In this document: positions 20,208 to 29,425 of the stretch, piece after piece
Numbering within the stretch: position 1 is the stretch's first letter
How the letters are laid out: every line of letters starts with the position of its first letter
Source of the DNA: Candidatus Eiseniibacteriota bacterium
GTDB taxonomy: Bacteria > Eisenbacteria > RBG-16-71-46 > CAIMUX01 > VGJL01
Assembly (NCBI GenBank): GCA_963792585.1
Contig: CAWBWI010000001.1
Span: 1,504,001 to 1,568,000 of the forward strand
Reading direction: 5' to 3'
Length of the DNA stretch: 64,000 nucleotides
Made by a program: the position numbers and the translations under genes
The notes under the pieces: generated by a model
Told to the model about the DNA's origin: nothing
Databases searched by the model: none
Seen by the model: only the letters and a program-made list of their open reading frames with translations

Positions 20208-20978
20208 CTAGAAGCGGAGGACGAGCTTGGTCCCGGCGGTGAGATTGGGAGCGAAGCTGCGGACCTGAGCCGGCTCCATCTCGAGAAGGATCAGGATCGA
20301 CCCTTTCCGGTAGGCACGCATCTTCGCCTCGGGGGTGTCCGCCTGGAACGAGCGCCACCATTTCCGAAAAACCTGCTTCCAACGCTCCCAGCGGGAGTCG
20401 GAAGGGATCTGCCCGTCGAGCGCAACGACAAGGTTTCGCTCGAACTCGAGCATCGACAGGATCGAGGCATTGCGGATCTGCCTGGTGAGCGTGCCGGTGG
20501 TGTCGGGACGATCCCGCACCGCCGTGGTGTCCTTCAGCGCCAGAGTCGGGACCTCCTCGAACCATTGGTCCTTCTGGAGCACGAACGGCACCTCGCAGAA
20601 CCCGAGCCGTGTCGTGTCACCCGGAACCGCCCGGGCCAGCCGGCTCAGGCTGATCTTCCGGATCGGGACGGTGGTCAGCATGACCCCCTTGAGTTCCAGC
20701 TTCAGTGTCATTTCGGGTATATCGAGGATGAGGTACGGATCACTCTGCTTGCTCAACGCGAGACGCGCCTTCAGCACGGCATTGGTCGCGCGCAGTCGGA
20801 GGTACTCGCCATAGAGACCGTTCTGATTCGTGGAGGCGGGCGCCGGGGTGGATGACTCGGCCAGCTTTGGGCTCCGCGACTTCTGAGCCGCCACAACCGC
20901 GGGCGCGCCAAGGGCGATCAGACAGATAAGCGGGAGGAGCGAAGCGGGGTTACAGGCGAAACCTCGTTTTGCGGCCAC
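20208..20978 (-). CDS. Exported protein resembling an L,D-transpeptidase without catalytic His/Cys
   Basis: Signal peptide; aligns by eye to the neighbouring LDT at both ends but has no HG...C motif; start uncertain. Confidence 0.55.
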   Translation of the reverse strand: MAAKRGFACNPASLLPLICLIALGAPAVVAAQKSRSPKLAESSTPAPASTNQNGLYGEYLRLRATNAVLKARLALSKQSDPYLILDIPEMTLKLELKGVMLTTVPIRKISLSRLARAVPGDTTRLGFCEVPFVLQKDQWFEEVPTLALKDTTAVRDRPDTTGTLTRQIRNASILSMLEFERNLVVALDGQIPSDSRWERWKQVFRKWWRSFQADTPEAKMRAYRKGSILILLEMEPAQVRSFAPNLTAGTKLVLRF

Positions 20979-20982
20979 AGGG

Positions 20983-21642
20983 CTAGAAGAGGTAGACCGG
21001 CGTTCCGGAACGGGTCGCCTTCCAAACCACATCGAGGTCATCGTCGCCCATCCGGACGCAGCCGTGGGTGACGTTGTTACCCAGGAGCATCTTGAACGGC
21101 GTTCCATGGATCATGTAGCCGTCGCCGAAGTGCATGGCGTAGCTCCCCAACATCCCCTCTTCAAATCGGAGTTTGGATCCGGGAGGCGGAATCGGCTCCC
21201 CGAGTTCGACGAACGACCAATCGGGACGAACCCACACGGGGTCTTTCACCCTCTGGCCAATCCTGTAGACCCCGCGAGGGGTGGAGAAGAACCAACGATG
21301 CCTGCCGTCGGGAGTCACCAATTCGCTGTTGCTGCCGGTTGAGCAGACCGCCTCGAGAACCACCTCACTCCCCTTCCGGAGATAGAGGCGATTGAGCGTC
21401 GTGTTGATGACGATGTAGGGCTCTTTGGGCAGCAGCTTGTCGATGCGAGACTCGAGCTGGCTGTTCTCCTTGCGGAGGGCGGCCAGTCGCTTCTGCATCC
21501 ATACGGGATCCGGAGTCCCACCCGATTCCAGCGAAGAGCCACCCTTGAAGTCACAGCCTCCGAGGAGCGCCGCGATCAGGATGGCCACTGCCGCGAGGAC
21601 CATCCCAATCCCGCGGCTCCGATTTCCTTGATATTCGTTCAT
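20983..21642 (-). CDS. L,D-transpeptidase (YkuD family) lipoprotein
   Basis: LLGGC lipobox; STG, TPRG, P.W, MIHGT, THGCVRM motifs. Confidence 0.92.
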   Translation of the reverse strand: MNEYQGNRSRGIGMVLAAVAILIAALLGGCDFKGGSSLESGGTPDPVWMQKRLAALRKENSQLESRIDKLLPKEPYIVINTTLNRLYLRKGSEVVLEAVCSTGSNSELVTPDGRHRWFFSTPRGVYRIGQRVKDPVWVRPDWSFVELGEPIPPPGSKLRFEEGMLGSYAMHFGDGYMIHGTPFKMLLGNNVTHGCVRMGDDDLDVVWKATRSGTPVYLF

Positions 21643-21672
21643 AGCGTATGTCTGGGACCCGACCCTTCGACG

Positions 21673-21717
21673 AATGGTGGGTGGGGCGCTCGTCCTGAGC
21701 CGTCCCACCCACCCATT
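21673..21717. terminator. Long intergenic stem-loop between the lipoprotein and LDT genes
   Basis: AATGGTGGGTGGGGCG ... CGTCCCACCCACCCATT imperfect inverted repeat. Confidence 0.5.
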
Positions 21718-21779
21718 ACCTGCCGCCACAGATAACCAGCAGTTCTGCGTCTGGTCGATGTCTTAACTTGACCGCTGAA

Positions 21780-22424
21780 CTACTTCGCTACGGGAACGAT
21801 GGCGTCGAGCTGGCTATTGACGCTCTGGAGCTTGCCAGCCGCGTCCTTCGACATGCTCAGGGACATCTTGTACTTCTGTCCATCATAGGCGGACTTCGCA
21901 TTCGCGAGCACCGCCGGAATTGCGTCGGCTTCGGACTTGATCGCTTCCATCTTGGCGCGCTCGTCCTTGTCCTTCGCACGCATCAGCTTCATGACTTCCT
22001 TGGTCTTGAAGCGCTCGCCGAGAGCGGTGATCCCCTGCTCGATCTGCGCCATCAGAGCCTCGGAGTCCTTCCGCATCTGCTCCTTGTTGGCAACAGCCTT
22101 GTCGCCAGCAACCTTGGCAACCTGCGCGGTTGCGAGGGCCTTGGCCTTCGCGATCTTGTAGCTGCGGAACAACGCGAACTTCGCCTGCTGGCGATCGATC
22201 TCGCTCTGCGCCGACGCGAGCGAATCTTCGGCAGCCTTCAACTCTGCCGGAGCGTAATCCGAAGCTTCCTTCGTCCGAGCGTCGTCGATGGCGGCCTTCG
22301 CCGCGGCCATATCGGCCTCAGGCGGCTTGGCACAAGAGGCAAGACCGAGAACCAACAGCAACAGCACACCCGACCACACCGCTAGCGTGTAACGCCGCGA
22401 GGATCGCCGAACAGAACTGCTCAT
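21780..22424 (-). CDS. Ala/Lys-rich helical lipoprotein (DUF4398-like), ending in Lys
   Basis: LASC lipobox; CAKPP..AKAAIDDAR..A..YAP.E; AAGGAG RBS; C-terminus VPVAK*. Confidence 0.8.
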   Translation of the reverse strand: MSSSVRRSSRRYTLAVWSGVLLLLVLGLASCAKPPEADMAAAKAAIDDARTKEASDYAPAELKAAEDSLASAQSEIDRQQAKFALFRSYKIAKAKALATAQVAKVAGDKAVANKEQMRKDSEALMAQIEQGITALGERFKTKEVMKLMRAKDKDERAKMEAIKSEADAIPAVLANAKSAYDGQKYKMSLSMSKDAAGKLQSVNSQLDAIVPVAK

Positions 22425-22517
22425 GACTTTGGACACTCCTTTCGTATCTTGGCAGCAGACCGAACCACATCCCCCAATGGATGCAGTATCCTGCCGAACG
22501 TAGCTGCCATACGCTAC

Positions 22518-22533
22518 TGCACAGGCCGTGCCA
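22518..22533 (-). promoter_or_regulatory. sigma54 promoter of the lipoprotein-LDT operon
   Basis: TGGCACGGCCTGTGCA (GG-N10-GC). Confidence 0.7.
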
Positions 22534-22668
22534 GACAATGGACTGGGGTTTTCCCGACGTCAAGTGTGAAGTCCCTGTGGGTTACGGCGTCGGCTCGGGC
22601 CCCTGAAGGGCGGCGGGGGGGGCCGCGCGGGCCGTCTTGTCCGCTTGTGGGAATCTTCCCCAAAGAAG

Positions 22669-22686
22669 CGTCCCAACAATGGGACG
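22669..22686. promoter_or_regulatory. Enhancer-like palindrome CGTCCC-N6-GGGACG
   Basis: CGTCCCAACAATGGGACG, same motif as at 17479. Confidence 0.55.
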
Positions 22687-22697
22687 GTTGAGAGGGC

Positions 22698-23795
22698 ATG
22701 GATAGGCTGACTTCGGCGGGCCTGCAATCGGGGATCCGGCAGGAACCTGGCCCCTTTCGACGACAATTGCTGGATTGGTACCGGCGGGAGCGCCGGGACC
22801 TCCCCTGGCGCGCGACCCAGGACGCCTACCGGGTATGGGTCTCGGAGGTGATGCTTCAACAGACCCGTGTCGAGGTGGTGGCGCCGAGATATCAGTCCTT
22901 CCTGGCGAGATTCCCATCCTTGGGGGCCCTGGCCAACGCCGCCGAGGAGGAGGTTCTGGCCGCGTGGTCGGGCTTGGGCTATTACCGCCGGGCCCGCCAC
23001 CTGCACGCCTCTGCGGGTCGGATCCTCCGCGACCACGAGGGCCGATTCCCCAGCGATCGGGCCGATGCCCTCCGTCTCCCCGGCGTAGGAGCCTACATCG
23101 CGCACGCCGTGCTGAGCATCGCCTACGACGTACCGTTGGCAGTCGTGGATGGCAACGTGGTCCGCGTGCTCTCCCGTCTCGGGATGATCGCGACCCGCGC
23201 TCCCGCGGCGTTTCAGGAGGAAGCGGACCGTCTCCTCGATCCATGTTCCCCCGGGGACGCCAATCAGGCGCTGATGGAGCTCGGAGCAACCATCTGCACA
23301 CCCCAGAACCCACGCTGCGACGACTGCCCGATCGAGTCCCTGTGCGGGGCCCGCGCAACCGGCCGTGTCGCGGAGTTTCCGCCTGTCGCGTCGAGGCAGT
23401 CGACCAACTCCGTCGAGACGGGCCTCTGGATCATCCTCGACCGCCGAGGCAGGATCTGGCTCGAGAAACGCGATGCCCCACCGCTGCGTGGGATGTGGAT
23501 GCTCCCTTGGAGCGAGGGCCCGAGCGGGCGCGATGGGGCGCGGGCCGTGGGCACGGTCCCTCACGCCATCATGAACCGGCGCTATCGATGTTCCGTCTGG
23601 GAGATTCGGGGGGGGGCCGAAGGGATCCCGGTCAGATCCGGTGCGGAAGGGCGGTGGGTACGGAAGGAAGAGATCGATGATCTCCCTCACTCTTCCTTGC
23701 TCACAAAGGCGCTCGCGGTGTGGGAACGCGACAAGCAGCGCAGGTCGCCCCGGAAACGTTCAGACCGTGACGTGGGCGCGCAGCCGGGTACGTAG
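22698..23795 (+). CDS. mutY: A/G-specific adenine glycosylase
   Basis: VSEVMLQQT, WSGLGYYRRAR, LPGVG HhH, VDGNVVRV, CTPQNPRCDDCPIESLC Fe-S loop. Confidence 0.95.
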   Translation: MDRLTSAGLQSGIRQEPGPFRRQLLDWYRRERRDLPWRATQDAYRVWVSEVMLQQTRVEVVAPRYQSFLARFPSLGALANAAEEEVLAAWSGLGYYRRARHLHASAGRILRDHEGRFPSDRADALRLPGVGAYIAHAVLSIAYDVPLAVVDGNVVRVLSRLGMIATRAPAAFQEEADRLLDPCSPGDANQALMELGATICTPQNPRCDDCPIESLCGARATGRVAEFPPVASRQSTNSVETGLWIILDRRGRIWLEKRDAPPLRGMWMLPWSEGPSGRDGARAVGTVPHAIMNRRYRCSVWEIRGGAEGIPVRSGAEGRWVRKEEIDDLPHSSLLTKALAVWERDKQRRSPRKRSDRDVGAQPGT

Positions 23796-24920
23796 AGACT
23801 CCAACCGCTGCGCGGCGCCCCCATCGGTCATCGAACGCAGCCCGTAGAGCTCTCGGAAGAGCGGAAGAAGCGCCGCCTCCGTTCCTCGCTCCAGGAGAAT
23901 CGCGGTCTCGATGGCGTACACCAAGTCGACGAAGGCCACCTTCGCATCTCCCGCAAGAGGGGAGTCGAGTATGCGCGTCAGGGAGCGTCCTTGTTCCGCG
24001 CGCACCCAGGCTTCCTCACCCTCGATGAACGCCTCGAGCTCACGCGCGGCCGTCGTATCCATCTCCCAGCCGCTCGCGCCGAGGTTCTCCTCGAGGTGCT
24101 CGATACTCGATGGACCGGTCAGGGCGCACACGATCCCCGGTTGGGCCAACACCCATGCGATCGCGACCTGCGCGATCGTCTTCCCCTCGCGTGATCCGAT
24201 CTCCCCCATCTTCGCGGCAACGCGGCGCGCCGACACGAGCCGTTCTCGACGGAAGAGCGGATCTATCTGCCGGATGTCGCCCTCGGGCAGGGTCTCCGGA
24301 TGGGGGGGCGATCCGGTCAGGAGGCCGCGGCCCGTGACACTGAAGGCGATACCCGCAACTCCCGATTTCCGGCAGGCCTGCAGGACGCCCTTCGCCGTGT
24401 GCCGCGCCATTGCCGACAACTCCATCAGGGCCGAGAAGGGCCGACCCACCTTCATGTAGACCTCGGCCCGAGCGGCCGGCATGTGACCGATTCCGTAGAA
24501 CCGAATCTTCCCGGCGCGGACGAGCGACTCGAGTGACTCGATCACCTCTTCCGCAGACCGGTCTGGTTCGTCGTAGTGAATCTGGAGCAGATCGATCCTA
24601 TCCGTCGCCAGCCGCCCGAGACTTTGCTCGCACGAGTTACGGATATGGGAGGCAGAGAGATCCGGACGCGCTCCGGGCAGGAGTCCGATCTTCGTGGCGA
24701 TGCAGACATAGGGACGATGCGGCCGCATGACCTTGCCCAAGACGCACTCGGCCTCGCCGTAGGAGTCGGCCGCATCGAAGAAGTTGACACCCCGTTCCCT
24801 CGCGCAGTCGAGAACGCGCGCGATGGCGCCGGTCGACTTTCGACCGTACGCTCCGCTCAGGGCGTAGCAGCCGATGCCGATCTGCGAGATGCTGAGGCCG
24901 TCGTGAGTCCTGTACTCCAT
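23760..24920 (-). CDS. Aldo/keto reductase with C-terminal extension
   Basis: FDAADSYG, ATK, IDLLQIH, GKIR, AQVAIAW, HLEEN. Confidence 0.9.
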   Translation of the reverse strand: MEYRTHDGLSISQIGIGCYALSGAYGRKSTGAIARVLDCARERGVNFFDAADSYGEAECVLGKVMRPHRPYVCIATKIGLLPGARPDLSASHIRNSCEQSLGRLATDRIDLLQIHYDEPDRSAEEVIESLESLVRAGKIRFYGIGHMPAARAEVYMKVGRPFSALMELSAMARHTAKGVLQACRKSGVAGIAFSVTGRGLLTGSPPHPETLPEGDIRQIDPLFRRERLVSARRVAAKMGEIGSREGKTIAQVAIAWVLAQPGIVCALTGPSSIEHLEENLGASGWEMDTTAARELEAFIEGEEAWVRAEQGRSLTRILDSPLAGDAKVAFVDLVYAIETAILLERGTEAALLPLFRELYGLRSMTDGGAAQRLESLRTRLRAHVTV

Positions 24921-25147
24921 GGTTCTGTCGCGACGGTTCTCCGGGCCCGCCGCAGCCGGAGCATAACCGATCGGGGTAGGTCCGAACCGTGGGGTTCGCG
25001 ACGCCACGCCTCGATCGCGTGTGAGTCGATCCCCCGCCTCGCACCGACCGTGGCCTGCACGCCGCAACCGGCCGGAAGCGACTCGACCGCTGCGGCACGG
25101 AAGGGCATCATCGGATCCAGGGCCGCGGGACACAAGGAGGAAACCAC

Positions 25148-26092
25148 GTGCAGATTCGCAAGGCTGTGATCTTCGGTGCGACCGGAGCTACGGGCAAGTG
25201 GATCGGATCCGAGCTGGCGCGGCGCGGAATCGCCGTGCGCGTCGTGTCCCGCAACCGGACGAACCTGGAGCGCGTGTTCCCGGAAGCGTGGGCCGAACGG
25301 ATCGAGGCGGACATCCACGATCCGGACGCCGCCGCGCGGGCCGCGGAGGGGTCCGATCTGATCTTCCACTGCGTCGGTCTCCCTTATCCGCAGTTCGCCG
25401 ATCACCCCGTCCTGGCGCGCTCGACGGCCGAAGCGATGCGGCGCACCGGCGCTCGGTGTCTCCTGGTCAGCAGCTACTATGCCTATGAGCCGATCATCAG
25501 GACGCCGATCGACGAGAACCATCCGCGGGAGCCCCGCGCGTTCAAGGCGAGGATGCGCAAGGAGCAGGAGGATATCCTGCTCGATGCCGGAGCGGCCGTC
25601 ACCCTCCTGCCCGACTTCTATGGCCCCGGCGTGGAGATCAGCATGCTCGGGCTCGCGCTCCGCGACATGGCCAGAGGGCGCACCGCCAACTGGATCGGAA
25701 AGCCCGATGTCCTCAGGCAGCACATCTATGTGCCCGACGCGGCCGGAATCCTCGTGAACCTCGCGGGGAAGGACGAGGCCTACGGCCAGAGGTGGAATGT
25801 CGCCACCTGCGATGGAGTCGCGATCGGTGATCTTCTCGGAATCGTCGAGCGAAGCCTCGGAAGGCGCCCTCGGATCCGAACCGTGGGCATCGCGACGCTT
25901 CGCCTGGGCGGACTCTTCAGTCCGGTCCTCCGGGGACTGGTCGAGCTCTACGATCTCTACACCGGCCCGATGGTGCTGGACCCTTCGAAGCTCCGCCGCC
26001 TCCTTGGTCACCTTCCAACCACCCCCTATGAGGACGGGATCCGCGCCACGCTCACTTCCATGCGACAGGCGCCGGGGCCGGGACAAGGCTGA
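25148..26092 (+). CDS. NAD-dependent epimerase/dehydratase family protein
   Basis: GATGATG Rossmann motif, PDFYGP; AAGGAGG RBS before GTG. Confidence 0.88.
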   Translation: MQIRKAVIFGATGATGKWIGSELARRGIAVRVVSRNRTNLERVFPEAWAERIEADIHDPDAAARAAEGSDLIFHCVGLPYPQFADHPVLARSTAEAMRRTGARCLLVSSYYAYEPIIRTPIDENHPREPRAFKARMRKEQEDILLDAGAAVTLLPDFYGPGVEISMLGLALRDMARGRTANWIGKPDVLRQHIYVPDAAGILVNLAGKDEAYGQRWNVATCDGVAIGDLLGIVERSLGRRPRIRTVGIATLRLGGLFSPVLRGLVELYDLYTGPMVLDPSKLRRLLGHLPTTPYEDGIRATLTSMRQAPGPGQG

Positions 26093-26733
26093 TGACGGCT
26101 GAGGAGATCACGGCGAAACTGCGTGCGGCGCTCGCGGGGCCATTGCCGGGTCCGCAGGCGCACCTGCAGGCGCTGCCCCCCGGCTACCGTCGGGAGGCCC
26201 CTGTAGCGGGACTGCCGATCACGGGCGCGGCAGTGCTCCTGGCCCTGCGTTTCGATTCCCCCGACGGCCGAATCCTTTTCCCACTGATCCTGCGACCCGA
26301 CTCCATGGAGCACCATGCCGGCCAGATCGCCCTTCCCGGTGGAGCCATCGACGAGGGCGAGACTCCGGTCGACTGCGCGCTTCGGGAGGCCGAAGAGGAG
26401 ATTGGCCTCGACCCCGGACGCGTCGAGGTTCTGGGGAGGCTGACGCCGTTCGTGATCCCGATCAGCGGCTATCGGGTCGATCCGTTCGTAGGCACAGTGC
26501 GGGGATCGTTGGCGTACCGGCCCCGAGAGGCCGAGGTTCTGCGGATCCTGGCTGCCGACCCGGATCGCCTCGCACGCGAGGGCCCGCGACTCCGCCTATC
26601 CCTGGAACGGGCGGGTACGGTCGTGTCGTTTCCCGCCTACGACGTCGATGGCGAACCGGTGTGGGGCGCGACGGCCCTCATCCTTGCGGAGTTTCTCGCG
26701 ATCTGGCGTGAGGTTCGCGGCATCCTCGGCTGA
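26092..26733 (+). CDS. Nudix CoA pyrophosphatase
   Basis: AAVLL, HAGQIALPGG, ALREAEEEIG Nudix box, VWGATA. Confidence 0.9.
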   Translation: MTAEEITAKLRAALAGPLPGPQAHLQALPPGYRREAPVAGLPITGAAVLLALRFDSPDGRILFPLILRPDSMEHHAGQIALPGGAIDEGETPVDCALREAEEEIGLDPGRVEVLGRLTPFVIPISGYRVDPFVGTVRGSLAYRPREAEVLRILAADPDRLAREGPRLRLSLERAGTVVSFPAYDVDGEPVWGATALILAEFLAIWREVRGILG

Positions 26734-26800
26734 TCGCGCAGCGACGCCGCCACCGCCCGCGCTCCTTCCTGCCGCGATGCGCCGCGCCGCTGGGGTTCCG

Positions 26801-27325
26801 CTATTCCGATACTTCGTACGCGACGAAGACGCCGGCCTTGTTGTGCTTCGCATGCATGAACTGAACGGCGAGCGTCCCCTTCTGGGCGTTGAGCATGCCC
26901 CCCTGCTCACCCATCATCGTGATCTGGGATTCCCAGCCCGCGGCCTTCAGCTCCGCGTGGTATCGATCCGAGGCGTCGTCCGGGACATCGCGGAGCCAGA
27001 CGTTGAACTTCTTCATCCCCTCCTCCACGCCGCTGGTCACGCGCTCGACCTTGCCGTAAGGAAACGGCGGAACGGCCGCAAACATGTCGGACGGCCATTG
27101 GTCGGTCGAGGTCATCTGCACGTTTCCGTCCTTGGTCTTGACCGACACGTTCTGTCCGTCGATGTCGACGTCGGCCTCTCCACCGGTCGCCCTCTCGAGC
27201 ATCCGCTCGCTCATCGTCTCGCCGAGCTTCTCGGTCGCGTCCTTCTTGCTGCAGCCGGACAGCATGAAAAGCGATGCGACGAGTGCCACGCCGAAGAGCG
27301 CTTCGGGGCGCCATGGTTGATGCAT
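26801..27325 (-). CDS. Hypothetical lipoprotein
   Basis: LSGC lipobox; GGAGGA RBS; WP.D.....P and Y...L.AAGW motifs. Confidence 0.7.
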   Translation of the reverse strand: MHQPWRPEALFGVALVASLFMLSGCSKKDATEKLGETMSERMLERATGGEADVDIDGQNVSVKTKDGNVQMTSTDQWPSDMFAAVPPFPYGKVERVTSGVEEGMKKFNVWLRDVPDDASDRYHAELKAAGWESQITMMGEQGGMLNAQKGTLAVQFMHAKHNKAGVFVAYEVSE

Positions 27326-27517
27326 CGGTCGGTCCTCCCGTCTGCACGGTTGATTTGGAACGAATTGCACGATTATCAGAACCGACACGGTTCTACCGGA
27401 TCACCGGCGGATTCGCAAGCCCGCGGTTGTGGATACGATCGTGGATCGAGGACCGGAGGGGCGCAGGAAGCTTGCGGGAGGCTCTGTACTCCAGGCGATC
27501 GATCCTGAGTCCACGAC

Positions 27518-27901
27518 CTATCGGGCCGCCAAGATCAGATAGAGCCAGTTCGCGAGCACGAGGATGAGGAGGGTGAGTCCAAGGACCCGCCTTCCCAGGA
27601 CTTGCGGAATGCGAAGGCGGCCCGCCCAGGGAAGGGTGACGAGGGCGGCCACGGCCCCCGCCATCGCGAGCAGGATCGTCGCTGCGACCAGAGGATTCGC
27701 CCGAAAGGCCGCCCCGACGTCGGCAGCGAGGAGGGAGCGGGCCGCGGATGTCCCCCCGCAGGTGGGACATGGAACGCCGGTCAGCGTCCGCAGCGGGCAA
27801 GGTCTCAGGACGCCGCCCGGATTCGCTTCGAGAAGAATGAGCCCGGCCGTGATCGCGAGCGCCACCGAGACCGGCCAGAGGAGCAGATCGCGCCGTCGCA
27901 T
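27518..27901 (-). CDS. DUF2752 membrane protein
   Basis: CP.R.LTG.PCPTCGGT..A..ANP plus TM helices. Confidence 0.85.
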   Translation of the reverse strand: MRRRDLLLWPVSVALAITAGLILLEANPGGVLRPCPLRTLTGVPCPTCGGTSAARSLLAADVGAAFRANPLVAATILLAMAGAVAALVTLPWAGRLRIPQVLGRRVLGLTLLILVLANWLYLILAAR

Positions 27902-27910
27902 CGCGCCGGC

Positions 27911-28501
27911 CTAACCTCGCGCGGCCGACTCGACGAAGCGCTCGTGGATCCGAAGCGGTTGAGAGAGTTCGGGATGGAATGTCCCGCCCCAGACGAGGCC
28001 CTGGCGGACAAGGGTCGGTTCCCCTTTCAGCTCCCCGATCACTTCGACCCCCGCGCCGAGTCGCACGATCCGTGGCGCCCGGATAAAGACCATTTCCACC
28101 GGTTCGGGCGGACCGCCATTGAGGTGGAGCGCGCCGGTCTCGACGAAGCTATCAACCTGTCTGCCGTACGCATTTCGCCGCACGGTGACGTCGAGCAGCC
28201 CGAGCGAGGTCTGCGCCGGATCGAGGACCTTCCTCGCCAGGAGGATCAGACCCATGCAGGTTCCATAGACCAATCCCCCCCGATCGAGGAAGCCGGGCAG
28301 AGCCTCGTTGAAGCCGTACTCGGCCATCAAGAGCAGCAGGGTCGTGCTCTCCCCGCCCGGAAGGATCAGGCCGCGGAGGCCGGCGAGTTCTTCCGGGCGG
28401 CGGACCTCGACGGGACGACCACCAACGGTCTCGATCGCGCGCGCGTGTGCCGCGAAATCGCCCTGCAGCGCGAGCACGCCGATCGGGACGCGATCGGGCA
28501 T
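27911..28501 (-). CDS. pdxT: PLP synthase glutaminase subunit
   Basis: GVLALQGD, PGGESTT, GTCMG, RRNAYGRQVDSF, FIRAP, FHPE. Confidence 0.97.
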   Translation of the reverse strand: MPDRVPIGVLALQGDFAAHARAIETVGGRPVEVRRPEELAGLRGLILPGGESTTLLLLMAEYGFNEALPGFLDRGGLVYGTCMGLILLARKVLDPAQTSLGLLDVTVRRNAYGRQVDSFVETGALHLNGGPPEPVEMVFIRAPRIVRLGAGVEVIGELKGEPTLVRQGLVWGGTFHPELSQPLRIHERFVESAARG

Positions 28502-28502
28502 T

Positions 28503-29384
28503 TCACCAACCCCGCGTCTGGAGCAGTTCGCTCTGCGGCATCTTGGCGACATCGAGGCCGGGCATCGCGTCTCCCAGCTCCTCGCTCACCTCGGCAAGGA
28601 CCTTCGGGTCATTGTAGTGCGCGACCGAGCGGACGATTGCGCGCGCCCTCACGGCGGGATCCTCGCTCTTGAAGATCCCTGACCCGACGAAGACCGACTC
28701 CGCCCCGAGCTGCATCATCAGCGCGGCGTCCGCCGGGGTCGCAATCCCGCCGGCCGAGAAGTTCGGGACCGGCAGCTTCCCGTTCTTGGCGACCCACCGG
28801 ACGAGTTCGAACGGCGCCCCGAGTTCCTTCGCCTTGGCCATCAGTTCTTCGTCCCGGAGGATGGTCAGTTCGCGTATCCCGCGCGTGATCGCCCGCATAT
28901 GACGGACGGCCTCGACGACGTCTCCGGTCCCGGCCTCTCCCTTGGTGCGAATCATCGCCGCCCCCTCGCCGATGCGCCGCAGCGCCTCGCCCAGGTCGCG
29001 ACATCCACAGACGAACGGCACCTTGAAGGCGAACTTGTCGACATGGTGCGCTTCATCCGCAGGTGTCAGGACTTCGCTCTCGTCGACGAAGTCGACACCG
29101 AGCGACTCGAGGATCTGCGCCTCGACGAAGTGGCCGATCCGGCACTTCGCCATGACCGGGATCGAGACGGTCGCCATGATCTCCTTGATCTTCTTCGGAC
29201 TCGCCATGCGGGCGACTCCGCCGTCGCGACGGATGTCGGAGGGGACCCGCTCGAGGGCCATCACCGCGACTGCGCCCGCGTCCTCAGCGATCTTCGCCTG
29301 CTCGGCGTTCGTGACGTCCATGATGACCCCGCCCTTCAGCATCTCGGCGAGGCCGGTCTTGAGTCTGAGCGTTCCAACTTCCAT
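28503..29384 (-). CDS. pdxS: PLP synthase lyase subunit
   Basis: [41 protein letters not shown]. Confidence 0.98.
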   Translation of the reverse strand: MEVGTLRLKTGLAEMLKGGVIMDVTNAEQAKIAEDAGAVAVMALERVPSDIRRDGGVARMASPKKIKEIMATVSIPVMAKCRIGHFVEAQILESLGVDFVDESEVLTPADEAHHVDKFAFKVPFVCGCRDLGEALRRIGEGAAMIRTKGEAGTGDVVEAVRHMRAITRGIRELTILRDEELMAKAKELGAPFELVRWVAKNGKLPVPNFSAGGIATPADAALMMQLGAESVFVGSGIFKSEDPAVRARAIVRSVAHYNDPKVLAEVSEELGDAMPGLDVAKMPQSELLQTRGW

Positions 29385-29425
29385 GGCTGTCTTCTCCCGC
29401 CCCGCAAAGGGGCACCTGAATGGTC

